In this document: positions 52,679 to 63,090 of the stretch, one piece after another
Position numbering within the stretch: the stretch's first letter is position 1
Layout: each line of letters opens with the position of its first letter
NCBI GenBank assembly: GCA_013416795.1
Contig: RQSC01000025.1
Location: forward strand, 69,832 to 133,831
DNA: 64,000 bases
Direction: 5' to 3'
Source of the DNA: Prasinococcaceae sp. CCMP 1430
Taxonomy: Eukaryota; Plantae; Prasinodermophyta
Made by a program: the position numbers and the translations under genes
The notes under the pieces: generated by a model
What the model was told of the DNA's origin: nothing
The model's database searches: none
What the model saw: the letters and a program-made list of their open reading frames with translations, nothing else

Positions 52679-53260
52679 CTGGCTGCCGTTGATGAGCAGG
52701 TTCGGGAGCTTGGCGGGCAGCACGGCGGGCTCGAGCGTCGAGTCGTCGAAGTTGGGCGCGAAGGGCACCGTGTCGCTCTCGAGGTCCGCCAGGAGCATGT
52801 CGGCGGCCGCGGGCTGCAGGCGGCACTCCGTGTAGCGCATCGCCGCGGCGCTGTCGCCGTCCATCGACCCGAAGTTGCCGTGGCCGTCGACGAGCGGCGT
52901 GCGCAGCGAGAAGTCCTGCGCCATGCGCACCAGCGCGTCGTACACGCTCTGGTCGCCGTGCGGGTGGAACTTGCCCAGCACCTCGCCCACCACGCGCGCG
53001 CTCTTGCGGTGCGGCTTGCGCGGGCTCAGGCCGAGCTCGTGCATGGCGTACAGGATGCGCCGGTGGACGGGCTTGAGGCCGTCGCGCACGTCGGGCAGCG
53101 CGCGCCCGACGATGACGCTCATCGCGTACGAGAGGTAGCTCGAGCGCGTCTCCTCGTGGAGCTCCTCCTCGATGATGTTCTCGTCGGCGCCGGCGGGCGG
53201 GGGTTTGTTCGGCGGCGCGGCGCCGCCCGCCGAGGCGGCGGCGGGGGCGGCGACGGAGCG
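50471..53260 (-). CDS. gyrA: Organellar DNA gyrase subunit A, at least 2 exons; 5' end in N gap
   Basis: [36 protein letters not shown], catalytic [26 protein letters not shown], GyrA-box-like QRKGTKG and C-terminal pinwheel repeats. Intron 52003-51824 joins ELK|ESTSAEQ. Confidence 0.93.
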
Positions 53261-53511
53261 NNNNNNNNNNNNNNNNNNNNNNNNNNNNNNNNNNNNNNNN
53301 NNNNNNNNNNNNNNNNNNNNNNNNNNNNNNNNNNNNNNNNNNNNNNNNNNNNNNNNNNNNNNNNNNNNNTGTGCCCGCGCCCGTGCCCGTGCCCGTGCCC
53401 GTGCCGGCGGCGGCGGCGGCGGCCTCCTTCGAACGCGCGCGGCTGCGACGGTCGAAGAAACCCCGGTTTCGAGCGCATGCGTTTTCAACTGCAATTCGAT
53501 CGGTTGGTGTG

Positions 53512-53544
53512 TACCATCTGATGGTAAAGTACCATCAGATGGTA
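53512..53544. promoter_or_regulatory. Tandem pair of TACCATC-W-GATGGTA palindromes in the gyrA/ABCF divergent promoter
   Basis: TACCATCTGATGGTA 53512-53526 and TACCATCAGATGGTA 53530-53544 (18-bp spacing). Confidence 0.55.
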
Positions 53545-53821
53545 GTTGGTCATGACGTGTGTGTGTGCTCCATACGCACAAGGTCCCGTCGCGTTCAAAT
53601 TGACGTACGCAGGACGAACGCGTTCGCCGGTTTCGGTTTCGCGCGAAACGCCCGATCATGCGACGATCCGGACCGAGGCTGGGTTGCAGAGCTGGCCGGC
53701 GGCGGCTGCTGCGATGCAGGTGTGGCGCGGCGGGGCCGGCGCGCCACACGGGGCGGCCTCGGCCCCTCTCCCCCCCCGTTTCCCCTTCGCGCCCGGCGCC
53801 CCCTCGGCGGGGTCGTTGGCC

Positions 53822-55945
53822 ATGGCGGGCGCCGGGGCGGTGGGCGCGCTGCGCGCGGCCGTCGCGGACGTGCTGGAGGGCCTGGACGAGACGCTGCTCG
53901 AGTACGTGCAGGACGCGGTGATCGACGAGGAGAGCGGCGAGGTGCTGCCGCGCGACGAGCTGGTCGAGCTGGTCGCGCCCATGCTCGACGAGCTGTGCGG
54001 CGGCGACGGGGCGGCCGCCGAGGCGCGCGCCGACGACGTGTGGCGGCGGCTCACCGAGGGCGAGGGCGCGGCGACGGCCGCCGACGAGGAGCTCACGCAC
54101 CGCCTGGAGAGCGCCGTGCGAATCGGCGAGGGCGGCGGCGAGGCGGCGGCCTCCGACGTGGGCGCAACCTCCGCCGCCGCGCTCGCCTCCGAGATGGAGG
54201 CCGCCCGCGAGCGCGCGGCGCGCCACCAGCTGCGCAACGGCCGCGGGGCGCTCGGCGCGCAGCAGATCGGGCCGTTCCAGGTGCCCAACCCGGGCGGCGG
54301 CGCCGACCTCATCCAGGACGCCAACCTGACGCTGGTGCCCGGCCACCGGTACGGGCTCATCGGGCGCAACGGCAAGGGGAAGTCCACGCTGCTGCGCGCG
54401 CTCGCCTCGCGCCGCGTGCCGGGCCTGGGGGAGGGCCTGTCGGTGTACTACGTCACCCAGGACGTCGCCCTGACGGCCGAGCAGGAGGGGTGGGACGCCG
54501 TCGCGCTGGCGGTGCACGCCGACGTCGCGCGCCGGCTGCTGCTCGCCGAGGAGGCCGAGCTCGGCGCGCGCGCCGCCGCGGGCTCCGCGAGCGCCGAGGA
54601 CGCCCAGCGCCTCGCCGAGGTGGAGTCCGCGCTCGAGGAGATGGGCGCGCGCGCGGCGCCCCAGCGCGCGCGCGACATGCTCTCCGGCCTCGGCTTCTCG
54701 GCGGAGATGCTCGCGCGGCCGCTGCGCGCGCTGAGCGGCGGCTGGCGCGTGCGCGCGGCGCTGGGCGCCGCGCTCTTCGCGCGGCCGGACGTGCTGCTGC
54801 TGGACGAGCCCACCAACCACCTGAGCATCGCCGCCGTCCTGTGGCTCGCGCGCGAGCTGAGCGACCGCTCGCGCTGGGCGGGCCGCGTGATCGTCTGCGT
54901 CTCGCACGACCGGGCCTTCATCGACGAGGTGTGCACGGACACGCTGCACATCAGCGGCGCGGCGCGGCGCCTCACGTCGCACCGCGGCAACTATACGGCG
55001 TGGGCCGCGCGCCGCGCCGAGCAGCAGAAGGCGTGGCACCGCCGCGCGGAGCTCCGCCGCGAGCGCCAGGAGCGCCTGGAGGAGTTCGCCGGCCACGGCT
55101 TCCGCTATGGCGGCTCGAGCAGCCAGATCAACATGATGCAGAAGAAGGCGCGCGAGGCCGAGAAGCTCGAGGAGGAGGCGCGCCAGGAGGCGCGCGAGCT
55201 CGCCGCCCTCAACGAGGACAGGGACCTGCCGCTCGCGCTGCGCGCCGGCGGCAAGGTGGCCAACTACATCGTGCGGCTGGAGGGCGCGGGCTTCCGCTAC
55301 CCGGCCGAGGGCGCCGGCCTGCTCTTCTCGGGCGTGGACCTCTCGGTGGACTCGGCCACGCGGCTGTGCCTGCTGGGCGAGAACGGCGCCGGGAAGTCCA
55401 CGCTGGTGAAGGTGCTCATGGGCGCGCTCGAGCCCACCGAGGGGCGCGTGTCGCGCGCGCCCGGCGCGCGCGTGGCGCTCGTCAACCAGCACCACGCCGA
55501 CCAGCTGGACCTCGACGCCACGCCGCTCGACTTCATGCTGGGGCGCTTCCCCGGCGACGGCTCGGACGCCCACGAGCGCGAGCTGCGCGCGTGCATGGCC
55601 AGCGCGGGCGTGCTCGCGGAGCAGCAGGGCGCGGTGGTGCGCTCGCTGAGCGGCGGCCAGCGCTCCCGCGTGGCGATGGCCGCCGTGAGCTACGAGCGGC
55701 CGCACTGCCTGGTGCTCGACGAGCCCACCAACAACCTGGACCTCGAGGCGATCGAGGCGCTGGCGGACTGCATCGAGCGCTTCGAGGGCGCCGTGCTGCT
55801 CGTGTCGCACGACCAGTACTTCGTCGAGCGCGTGGCCGAGGCGGTGGTGGTCGTCGGCGGGGGGGCCGTCAGGAGGGAGGAGAGCTTCGCCGCCTACAAG
55901 AAGCGCGTGGTCAGGGGGCTGACGGGCGCCGCCGGGAGGGCGTGA
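53822..55945 (+). CDS. ABC-F family soluble ATPase (GCN20/ABCF3-like)
   Basis: Two NBDs (GRNGKGKST, LSGGW, LLLDEPTNHL; GENGAGKST, LSGGQ, LVLDEPTNNL), no TMD. N-terminal helical extension resembles GCN20/ABCF3. GCC-ATG start at 53822. Confidence 0.88.
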   Translation: MAGAGAVGALRAAVADVLEGLDETLLEYVQDAVIDEESGEVLPRDELVELVAPMLDELCGGDGAAAEARADDVWRRLTEGEGAATAADEELTHRLESAVRIGEGGGEAAASDVGATSAAALASEMEAARERAARHQLRNGRGALGAQQIGPFQVPNPGGGADLIQDANLTLVPGHRYGLIGRNGKGKSTLLRALASRRVPGLGEGLSVYYVTQDVALTAEQEGWDAVALAVHADVARRLLLAEEAELGARAAAGSASAEDAQRLAEVESALEEMGARAAPQRARDMLSGLGFSAEMLARPLRALSGGWRVRAALGAALFARPDVLLLDEPTNHLSIAAVLWLARELSDRSRWAGRVIVCVSHDRAFIDEVCTDTLHISGAARRLTSHRGNYTAWAARRAEQQKAWHRRAELRRERQERLEEFAGHGFRYGGSSSQINMMQKKAREAEKLEEEARQEARELAALNEDRDLPLALRAGGKVANYIVRLEGAGFRYPAEGAGLLFSGVDLSVDSATRLCLLGENGAGKSTLVKVLMGALEPTEGRVSRAPGARVALVNQHHADQLDLDATPLDFMLGRFPGDGSDAHERELRACMASAGVLAEQQGAVVRSLSGGQRSRVAMAAVSYERPHCLVLDEPTNNLDLEAIEALADCIERFEGAVLLVSHDQYFVERVAEAVVVVGGGAVRREESFAAYKKRVVRGLTGAAGRA

Positions 55946-56349
55946 CGCCCGCGCGACGTCCGCGCGTCGTCGGCGTTGGGGTTGGGGGCGGGTTGTGTGT
56001 GGTGTGTGTGTGTGTGTGTGTGGCGAATGCGTGCGGCGGGGGTGCGGGCCGCCACGGTGCCTGCTCACTCGTCGGGGCGTTTCGGCGTGTCGTGCACACA
56101 CCGATGGTACGTACTGTGTATCATCTGATGTTACTACATCGCCGCGCCTGCAATAAACCCTGTATACGAAACCTCCAACCTCAAATGTGGCGTTATCGTT
56201 TTCGCGGCCGATTTGGTTTGGGTTTGGCCGGCGGCTGCGCGGCGGCCGGCCGCGCCGCACCACAGCGCGCGCGCGACACGCGAGGCGAGCGCGCGCGCCC
56301 GCCCGCGGTGGCGTCGCTGACCGCCGGCCGGCGCGCGCCCCTCCCGCAG

Positions 56350-57614
<1,265 letters not shown>

Positions 57615-57662
57615 GTACAGTGTACATGTAATAAAACGCGTGCGGGATGGAGCTCAATGCGA

Positions 57663-57731
57663 TTTGACGTGGGCTCGTTTGCGCGCGCGCGCGCGCACGA
57701 TGTGACAGCGGCGCTCTTTTCGCGCGCGCGC
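57663..57731 (+). promoter_or_regulatory. Conserved bipartite upstream element, copy 2 (upstream of the ankyrin gene)
   Basis: TTTGACGTGGGCTCGTTT..CGATGTGACAGCGGCGCTCTTTT; the 14-bp core is identical to 49045-49058. Confidence 0.6.
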
Positions 57732-57825
57732 GCGCGCTGGGGGCGGGCGGGCCGTGGAGTGCGAGCGCGTGAGGGCAGGGCGCGCACGAGCGCGCGCGGG
57801 CTTGTGCGCAACCAGAGAGAGAGAG

Positions 57826-58409
57826 ATGTTTGGCGGCGGCGGCGGTGGCGATGACGCCGCGGCGGCCGAGCGCGCGCGCCAGGCGCTGCTGCTGGCGACG
57901 CGGGCGCTCGGCGTGAGCTGCACTACGCAGCTTGCTGGGACTCTCCCGACTGCCTGCGGCTGCTGCTCGAGGCGGGCGCCGACATTGAGAAGACTAGTTT
58001 CCACGGCGAGACGCCTATGCACGCAGCAGCAGAAATCGGCAGTGCAGACTGCGTGCGGGTGCTGCTCGAGGCGGGCGCCGACATTCAGAAGGCTAATGTG
58101 GACGGCGAGACGCCTATTCACCTCGCAGCTCAATATCCACGCTCCGACTGCGTGCGGCTGCTGCTCGAGGCGGGCACCGACATGGAGAAGGCTGACGTCG
58201 CCGGCAACACGCCCTTGCACCTCGCCGGAGAACGCGGCCGCGCCGACTGCGTGCGGGTGCTGCTCGAGGCGGGCGCCGACGCATCCGCCCGCAATGCCAA
58301 CGGCCGCACGGCGCTCCAACTCGCCGAGGAATCTGCCCACCAGTGGGAAGCGAGTGACCGCAAAGGGGCCACCGCGGCGCTGCTCAGACGCGCGCACTCC
58401 TCCGGTTAG
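57826..58409 (+). CDS. Ankyrin-repeat protein with 4 near-identical 33-aa repeats; frame discontinuity near the 5' end
   Basis: DCVRxLLEAGAD repeats at exact 99-bp period (57948, 58047, 58146, 58245). The ATG 57826 frame and the ankyrin frame differ around GGC-GTGAG-CTG (57913-57917). Confidence 0.7.
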
Positions 58410-58563
58410 GCGAGTGCGTTTTCTTGAACATGTTACAGTACAGGTTTGTGTAGACTACAGGGCCGCGCTGCTTCCCCCCCCCCCCCAGGCGCCCGCGCGG
58501 CGGCGGCGGCCGTGCGTGGGCCGCCGTCTCCGGCCGCTCAAAGCGGCGCGCGCCGCGAGCGCG

Positions 58564-59746
58564 TCAGGGCATCTGGCTCTTGCTGGCGCGCAGGCAGGAG
58601 GCCGACGGCGAGAGCAGCAGCTTCTCCACGCTCTCGGGCGTGCTGGACGCGTGCAGCAGGAAGACGCCGACGAAGACGGTGGTGAAGCCGCTGAGCTCGC
58701 TCAGCTTCTGCACGCCGCCCAGCCCGCCCAGCTCGTCGTACATGATGGCCTCGGCGAGGACGGTCAGCGTGGTGAAGAGCACGTAGTATATGGGGCTCAC
58801 CACGGCCGTGTTGAACAGGTCGAGCGCGCGATTGAGGTAGTTCATTTGCTGCGCGCGCGCGCCGGCGCGCCGGCGCGCGTCAGCGCGAGCGACGCGGCGG
58901 GGATGGGGGGGATGGGGGCGTGGGGAGGCGCGCGCGGCGGCGCACCGTGACGACGCAGCACGCGACCACGAGCGCGAAGAACCAGGTCTCCGGGCGGCCC
59001 ATCTGGTCGTCGCCGCGCGCGGTGAGCTTGAGCGCGATGCCGAGCGCCTTGCAGCTCATCACGCTCAGCGAGCCCATCAGCGAGCAGATGGACACGTACA
59101 CCAGGATCTGCGAGCGCCCGTGCCGCGGCGCGACGGCGCACGCCAGCGCCGCCGCCGCGCACGCGGCGCACGCGGCGTACGCCGCGAACGCGGGCGCCGT
59201 CGCCATCGCGAAGAGCTCCCGCACCGACTCGACGCGCGGCTCCTCGGGCGCGTGCGTGACGATCACGGCCGACCCCGCGACGCACAGCACGCACCCCGCC
59301 GCGCCCAGCACGTGCAGCCGCTCGCCGAGCAGCGCGCCGGCCAGCGCGGCGGTCACGAGGATCGACAGGGCGCCCAGGGGGGTGACGAGCATCGCCGGCG
59401 CGAACGCGTAGGCGACGAAGTTGCACGCCTCGCCCGCGGCCATGAGGAGGAGGCCCGACCACCACAGCGGCGAGCGCAGGTAGGAGTAGCCGCCCGACGC
59501 GGCGCGCAGGGCGTTTGCGTGGGTGCTCGCCGCCGCGCGCAGCCCCTTCTTCTTCACGATGAACGACGCGCCGATCATGAGGGCGCTGGCGAGGGCGAGG
59601 AGGGTGCCGATGGTGCGGTCGTTGTCGTCGGAGAGGTAGGAGTAGCTTTGTTGTTGTTGGGCGTGTGTGTGGGCGTGGGTGTGTGTGGGGGTGGGGGGGG
59701 TTGTCGCTGCTGCTGTTGTGGTGGCTGTGTGTGGGTGGGGGCGCAT
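58564..59746 (-). CDS. NIPA: NIPA-family magnesium transporter, at least 2 exons; start uncertain
   Basis: IGASFIVKKKGL, YLRSPLWWSGL, GEACNFVAYAFAPAMLVTPLGALSI, SICSLMGSLSVMSCKALGIALKLT. Intron 58945-58849 gives VVT|QMNYLNRALDLFNTAVVSPIYYV. Confidence 0.9.
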
Positions 59747-60323
59747 GGTCGTCGTCGCGAGTGCGGCGTTGTGGTGGGTGGGTTGTGGTGTGTGTGTGTG
59801 CGAGCTCGATGGGCTGACGCATGCGCGTGCAGCGCGACCAGCGCGAGCGCGAGCGCTCTCCCCGCGCCCCCGCGATGCCAGGGGGGGCGTTCGGTCTGCG
59901 CTGCCGGTTGTGCATCCGAGCGAGCAGCCCCGCGGCGTGATTCCTCCATCGGATCCTGTCTCCGCGGACGCGCGCCGCGCCGCGCCTCGCGCGCGACTGG
60001 CCGCCCCTGGATCCGATTCAGCCTCCGCGCACGCTGGCCTGCATGCCGGTGTCGGACTCGGGCACCGGCGTGGTCGTGCGCGCCGGATTTCGTTTCGGGG
60101 CTATTTCGCACCCGTCCTGCAGTGAAAATGTACATAATTTTGAACGTAATATGCCCTCTAAACTGATCAAACATAATCCCGTGGATCACCGGGCGCGCGC
60201 GAAGGCTCCTCGTGGTGGATGGGTTGATTATCGGAGGGCATGGAAAGCGCCTAACGCCCGGGAACGCGCGTACGTGTATGTGCTCGTCCACGAAGTTGTG
60301 GAGGTGTCCTTGGCCACCGGCCA

Positions 60324-60810
60324 TGCCTGAAAGCGTTGTTCATGTGAAGGTGAGTCGGCTGCTGCTTCCGCTCAACGCCCACCGCCCTGCTCGCCTCCTC
60401 CTCGATGCTGTCCTCGGACCTGCAATCGTTGGACATGCGGTCGTCGCACGTGCATGCGAAGAGGGCGGCGCCCTTGCTGTGGGTACAGCATGGCACCCGG
60501 CCCCTCCTGGCGCTCTCGCCGCCCAGCGGCTCTTGGAACTGACGCATGTGGCCAATGATGCCACCATCGACGAGGTCGTGATGGTGCGCTCTGCGTTCTT
60601 GTGCACGCGGTCACCCCATCCCGCCGCGCGCGTTTTCATTCGCGCCGAGGGCGACGGAGGCGACTGACGGAGAGGCACCCAGCAGTACGGGATCTACATG
60701 GCATGCGAGGTATGATATACTAACGGGAGAGTCAGGCTCGTGATATGAGAATTATCGAGTCTGGGCAGATATCGCTTGGGCGCATGGCGCCCCGCGCGCC
60801 GCCCCGGTAG
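60324..60810 (+). other. Possible small multi-exon gene of unknown function
   Basis: Ordered splice-like signals: donor GTGAGT ~60351, donor GTGCGC ~60584, branch CTGAC ~60664 with CAG 60682/60685, donor GTATGA 60710 with TACTAAC 60718 and AG 60735. No recognisable product. Confidence 0.3.
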
Positions 60811-60866
60811 GCCCCGGGTAGGATCCGCGCATTCGAGCAAAAAAAAAAAAAGAACGCGTGGGCAGC

Positions 60867-60875
60867 AAAAAAAAA
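60867..60875 (-). terminator. RNA polymerase III oligo-T terminator for tRNA-Val
   Basis: T9 run 15 nt downstream of the discriminator base on the minus strand; a second T run lies at ~60838-60851. Confidence 0.7.
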
Positions 60876-60889
60876 CAGCAACCGAACGC

Positions 60890-61061
60890 TACAAAGAGGG
60901 AGGTTCGAACTCCCGACCTTTCGCCGGCCGGCATTCGCATGCCGGCCACTCGCGTGTGAGGCGAGCGTCATGAATCGTCACGAAAACTGTGCGCGCACAG
61001 ATTTGGTTCCAACTAGATTGAACGCATTACGTCTCCCCGAGACGTAAAATTCCATCCTTGC
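60890..61061 (-). tRNA. trnV-CAC: tRNA-Val(CAC) interrupted by three non-canonical hairpin (BHB-like) introns
   Basis: Exons 61061-61052, 61017-61009, 60973-60949 and 60919-60890 join to GCAAGGA TG GTCT AGTTGGTCA TGAC G CTCGC CTCACAC GCGAG AGGTC GGGAG TTCGAAC CTCCC TCTTTGT A (74 nt). Acceptor, D, anticodon and T arms all form; the B box is intact and a T9 terminator follows at 60875-60867. Confidence 0.88.
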
Positions 61062-61408
61062 TCGGTTATGGTGGGGGTCGCTGATGCGACAGGTCCCGAA
61101 ACCGGGGTATATAAACAGACAAGACGGTCACCAGACAGAGACACATCTCCATGCAATTCGATGGGCCGTGTCGCGCGCAAAAGCGCACGCACCCCGGTAT
61201 CACCCCAAAATCAGTCCCCCCTCCCCGGCCGCGCAGCAGCGACGCCCATCAAACCCCCACGAAACGACCCAGGAATCCGCGCGGCTCCACCTCTGCGCCC
61301 CGCCAGACGGCCGGCATACCACTCCCGAATCGACGGCGCGCATCGACCACCGCAGCAGCGGGCGGCGCAGCGCCTGGCGAGATGCTTGCGGTTGAAAGAA
61401 ACGCAGCG

Positions 61409-62646
61409 ATGGCGCTGGCATGGCTGACGAGCTCCCGCTCCTCCTCCGCAGCTGACATGCCTGCCTCTCCCCGCCGCCCTTCCCCCTCCCCCACTCGCCG
61501 TGCGCTCGATCGCCGTGGGCCGCCACGCGCTGGCGGGGCTTCGCCGCCGCCTCGGGCACCCCCACCTCCTCGTCGCAGCAGCAGCAGCAGCAGCAGGAGG
61601 AGGAGGAGCAGCAGCAGCGGCAAGAAGGGCACCACACACACCAACCCTCCACACCATCACCACAGAAAACAACGCTCCCGGCGACGGCGCACCCACACAC
61701 CCCGACGACGCCACCACCACCACCAAAAACAACAACAACGAAAGGCTCGGTGCTGCGCGCCATCCACCTGGCGCGCAGCCGCTCGGCGCGCCGCCTCCCC
61801 GAGCGCCTCGCCCTGCACGCCTCCCTCAGCGACCGCCTCCTCGAGGACCCGTCGTCCCGCCCCGCGATGACCAGCCACTCTCAGAAGCGCACCGGCCTGA
61901 TCGCGTACAAGTGCGGCATGACCGCCGAGTGGACCGAGCACGGCAACCGCATCGCGCTGACCATCCTGCACGTCGACAACTGCCAGGTCACGCAGGTCAA
62001 GTCCCCCTCCACGGACGGCTACAGCGCCCTCCAGCTCGCCGCGGGCTCCAAGCGGCCCAAGCGCGTCGCGGCCCCCCAGCGCGGCCACTTCGCCGCGGCG
62101 GGCGTGGACTGCAAGCGCACGGTGGGCGAGTTCCGCGTCACGGAGGACGCGCTGCTGCCCGTCGGCACGCGGCTGAACGCCACCCACTTCCGGCCGGGCC
62201 AGCTGGTGGACGTGGTGGGCACCAGCAAGGGCAAGGGCTTCGCCGGCGTGATGAAGCGCCACAACTTCAAGGGGCAGCCGGCGTCGCACGGCACGGGCAT
62301 GGTGCACCGCCGGGGCGGCTCCATCAGCTCGCTGGGGCTCGGGCGCGTGTGGCCAGGCAAGAAGATGGCGGGCCACATGGGCAACGCCAGGACGACCGTG
62401 CAGTCGCAGCGCGTGCACAAGATCGACCTCGCGCGCAACCTCATCTTCGTCGCCGGCGCCGTGCCCGGCCCGGTCGGCGGCGCGGTGTTCGTGCGCGACG
62501 CGCTGCGCGACCTGAGCCAGGAGGCGCTCGACGTGCCCTTCCCCGCCTTCGTCGAGGGGGTGGACGAGGTGCCGCACCTCGACGAGGCGCTCGGCGAGGC
62601 CAGGGCGCCCGCTGGGCGCAACCCGTACCACGTGTACCTCAAGTGA
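61409..62646 (+). CDS. RPL3: Ribosomal protein uL3, mitochondrial type; 5' structure uncertain
   Basis: KRTGLIAYKCGMT, QLVDVVGTSKGKGFAGVMKRHNF, GRVWPGKKMAGHMG, GAVPGP. The core frame is secure from ~61745. The N-terminus needs an intron (candidate 61629-61744) or a frameshift. Confidence 0.88.
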
Positions 62647-62691
62647 CAACTCATGTACGCATGTACAACTTCGAGGGGCAGCCGAGGGCTA

Positions 62692-62838
62692 GCGCTGCGC
62701 GACCTGAGCCAGGGGGCGCTCGACGTGCCCTTCCCCGCCTTCGTCGAGGGGGTGGACGAGGTGCCGCACCTCGACGAGGCGCTCGGCGAGGCCAGGGCGC
62801 CCGCCGGGCGCAACCCGTACCACGTGTACCTCAAGTGA
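62692..62838 (+). repeat. 147-bp direct duplication of the uL3 3' coding end (copy of 62500-62646)
   Basis: Only two differences seen (GAG>GGG, GCT>GCC); both copies end in AAGTGA; 45-bp spacer. Confidence 0.92.
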
Positions 62839-63072
62839 GCCGAGACGGGGCTTCGCCGGCGCCCGTTCCTCGCTTGCGCCCTCCCTTCCCTCCCTCCCTC
62901 CATTCTTTCCTTGCCCGCCCTCGCGGGCCCGCCGCGGCCGGGGCGCGCTGCCTGCGGACGCCACGCCGCCAGGCGATCGATGGCGCGATTTTTTTCTGCC
63001 CTCGACATTAATTTTTAATTTTTTAATTACCGACCAGCCCGTCCCAGCCCGAGCGCTCGTGAGCGAGTCGCG

Positions 63073-63090
63073 ATACCATCCGGATGGTAT
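63073..63090. promoter_or_regulatory. Perfect 18-bp palindrome ATACCATCCGGATGGTAT at the OGG1 5' end
   Basis: Same TACCATC/GATGGTA family as the other clusters; contains the in-frame ATG 63084. Confidence 0.5.

Noticed and set aside
60173-60231. Imperfect hairpin as SECIS or other ncRNA
   Set aside because: It lacks the AUGA/GA quartet and apical AA geometry, pairing is weak, and no convincing Sec-containing ORF is nearby.
60890-61061. Permuted-tRNA, tRNA-Sec or SINE interpretation of the tRNA-like element
   Set aside because: The 5' half lies upstream in normal order. The anticodon is CAC in a 7-nt loop. The long arm is removed exactly by BHB geometry, and all four arms pair after splicing.
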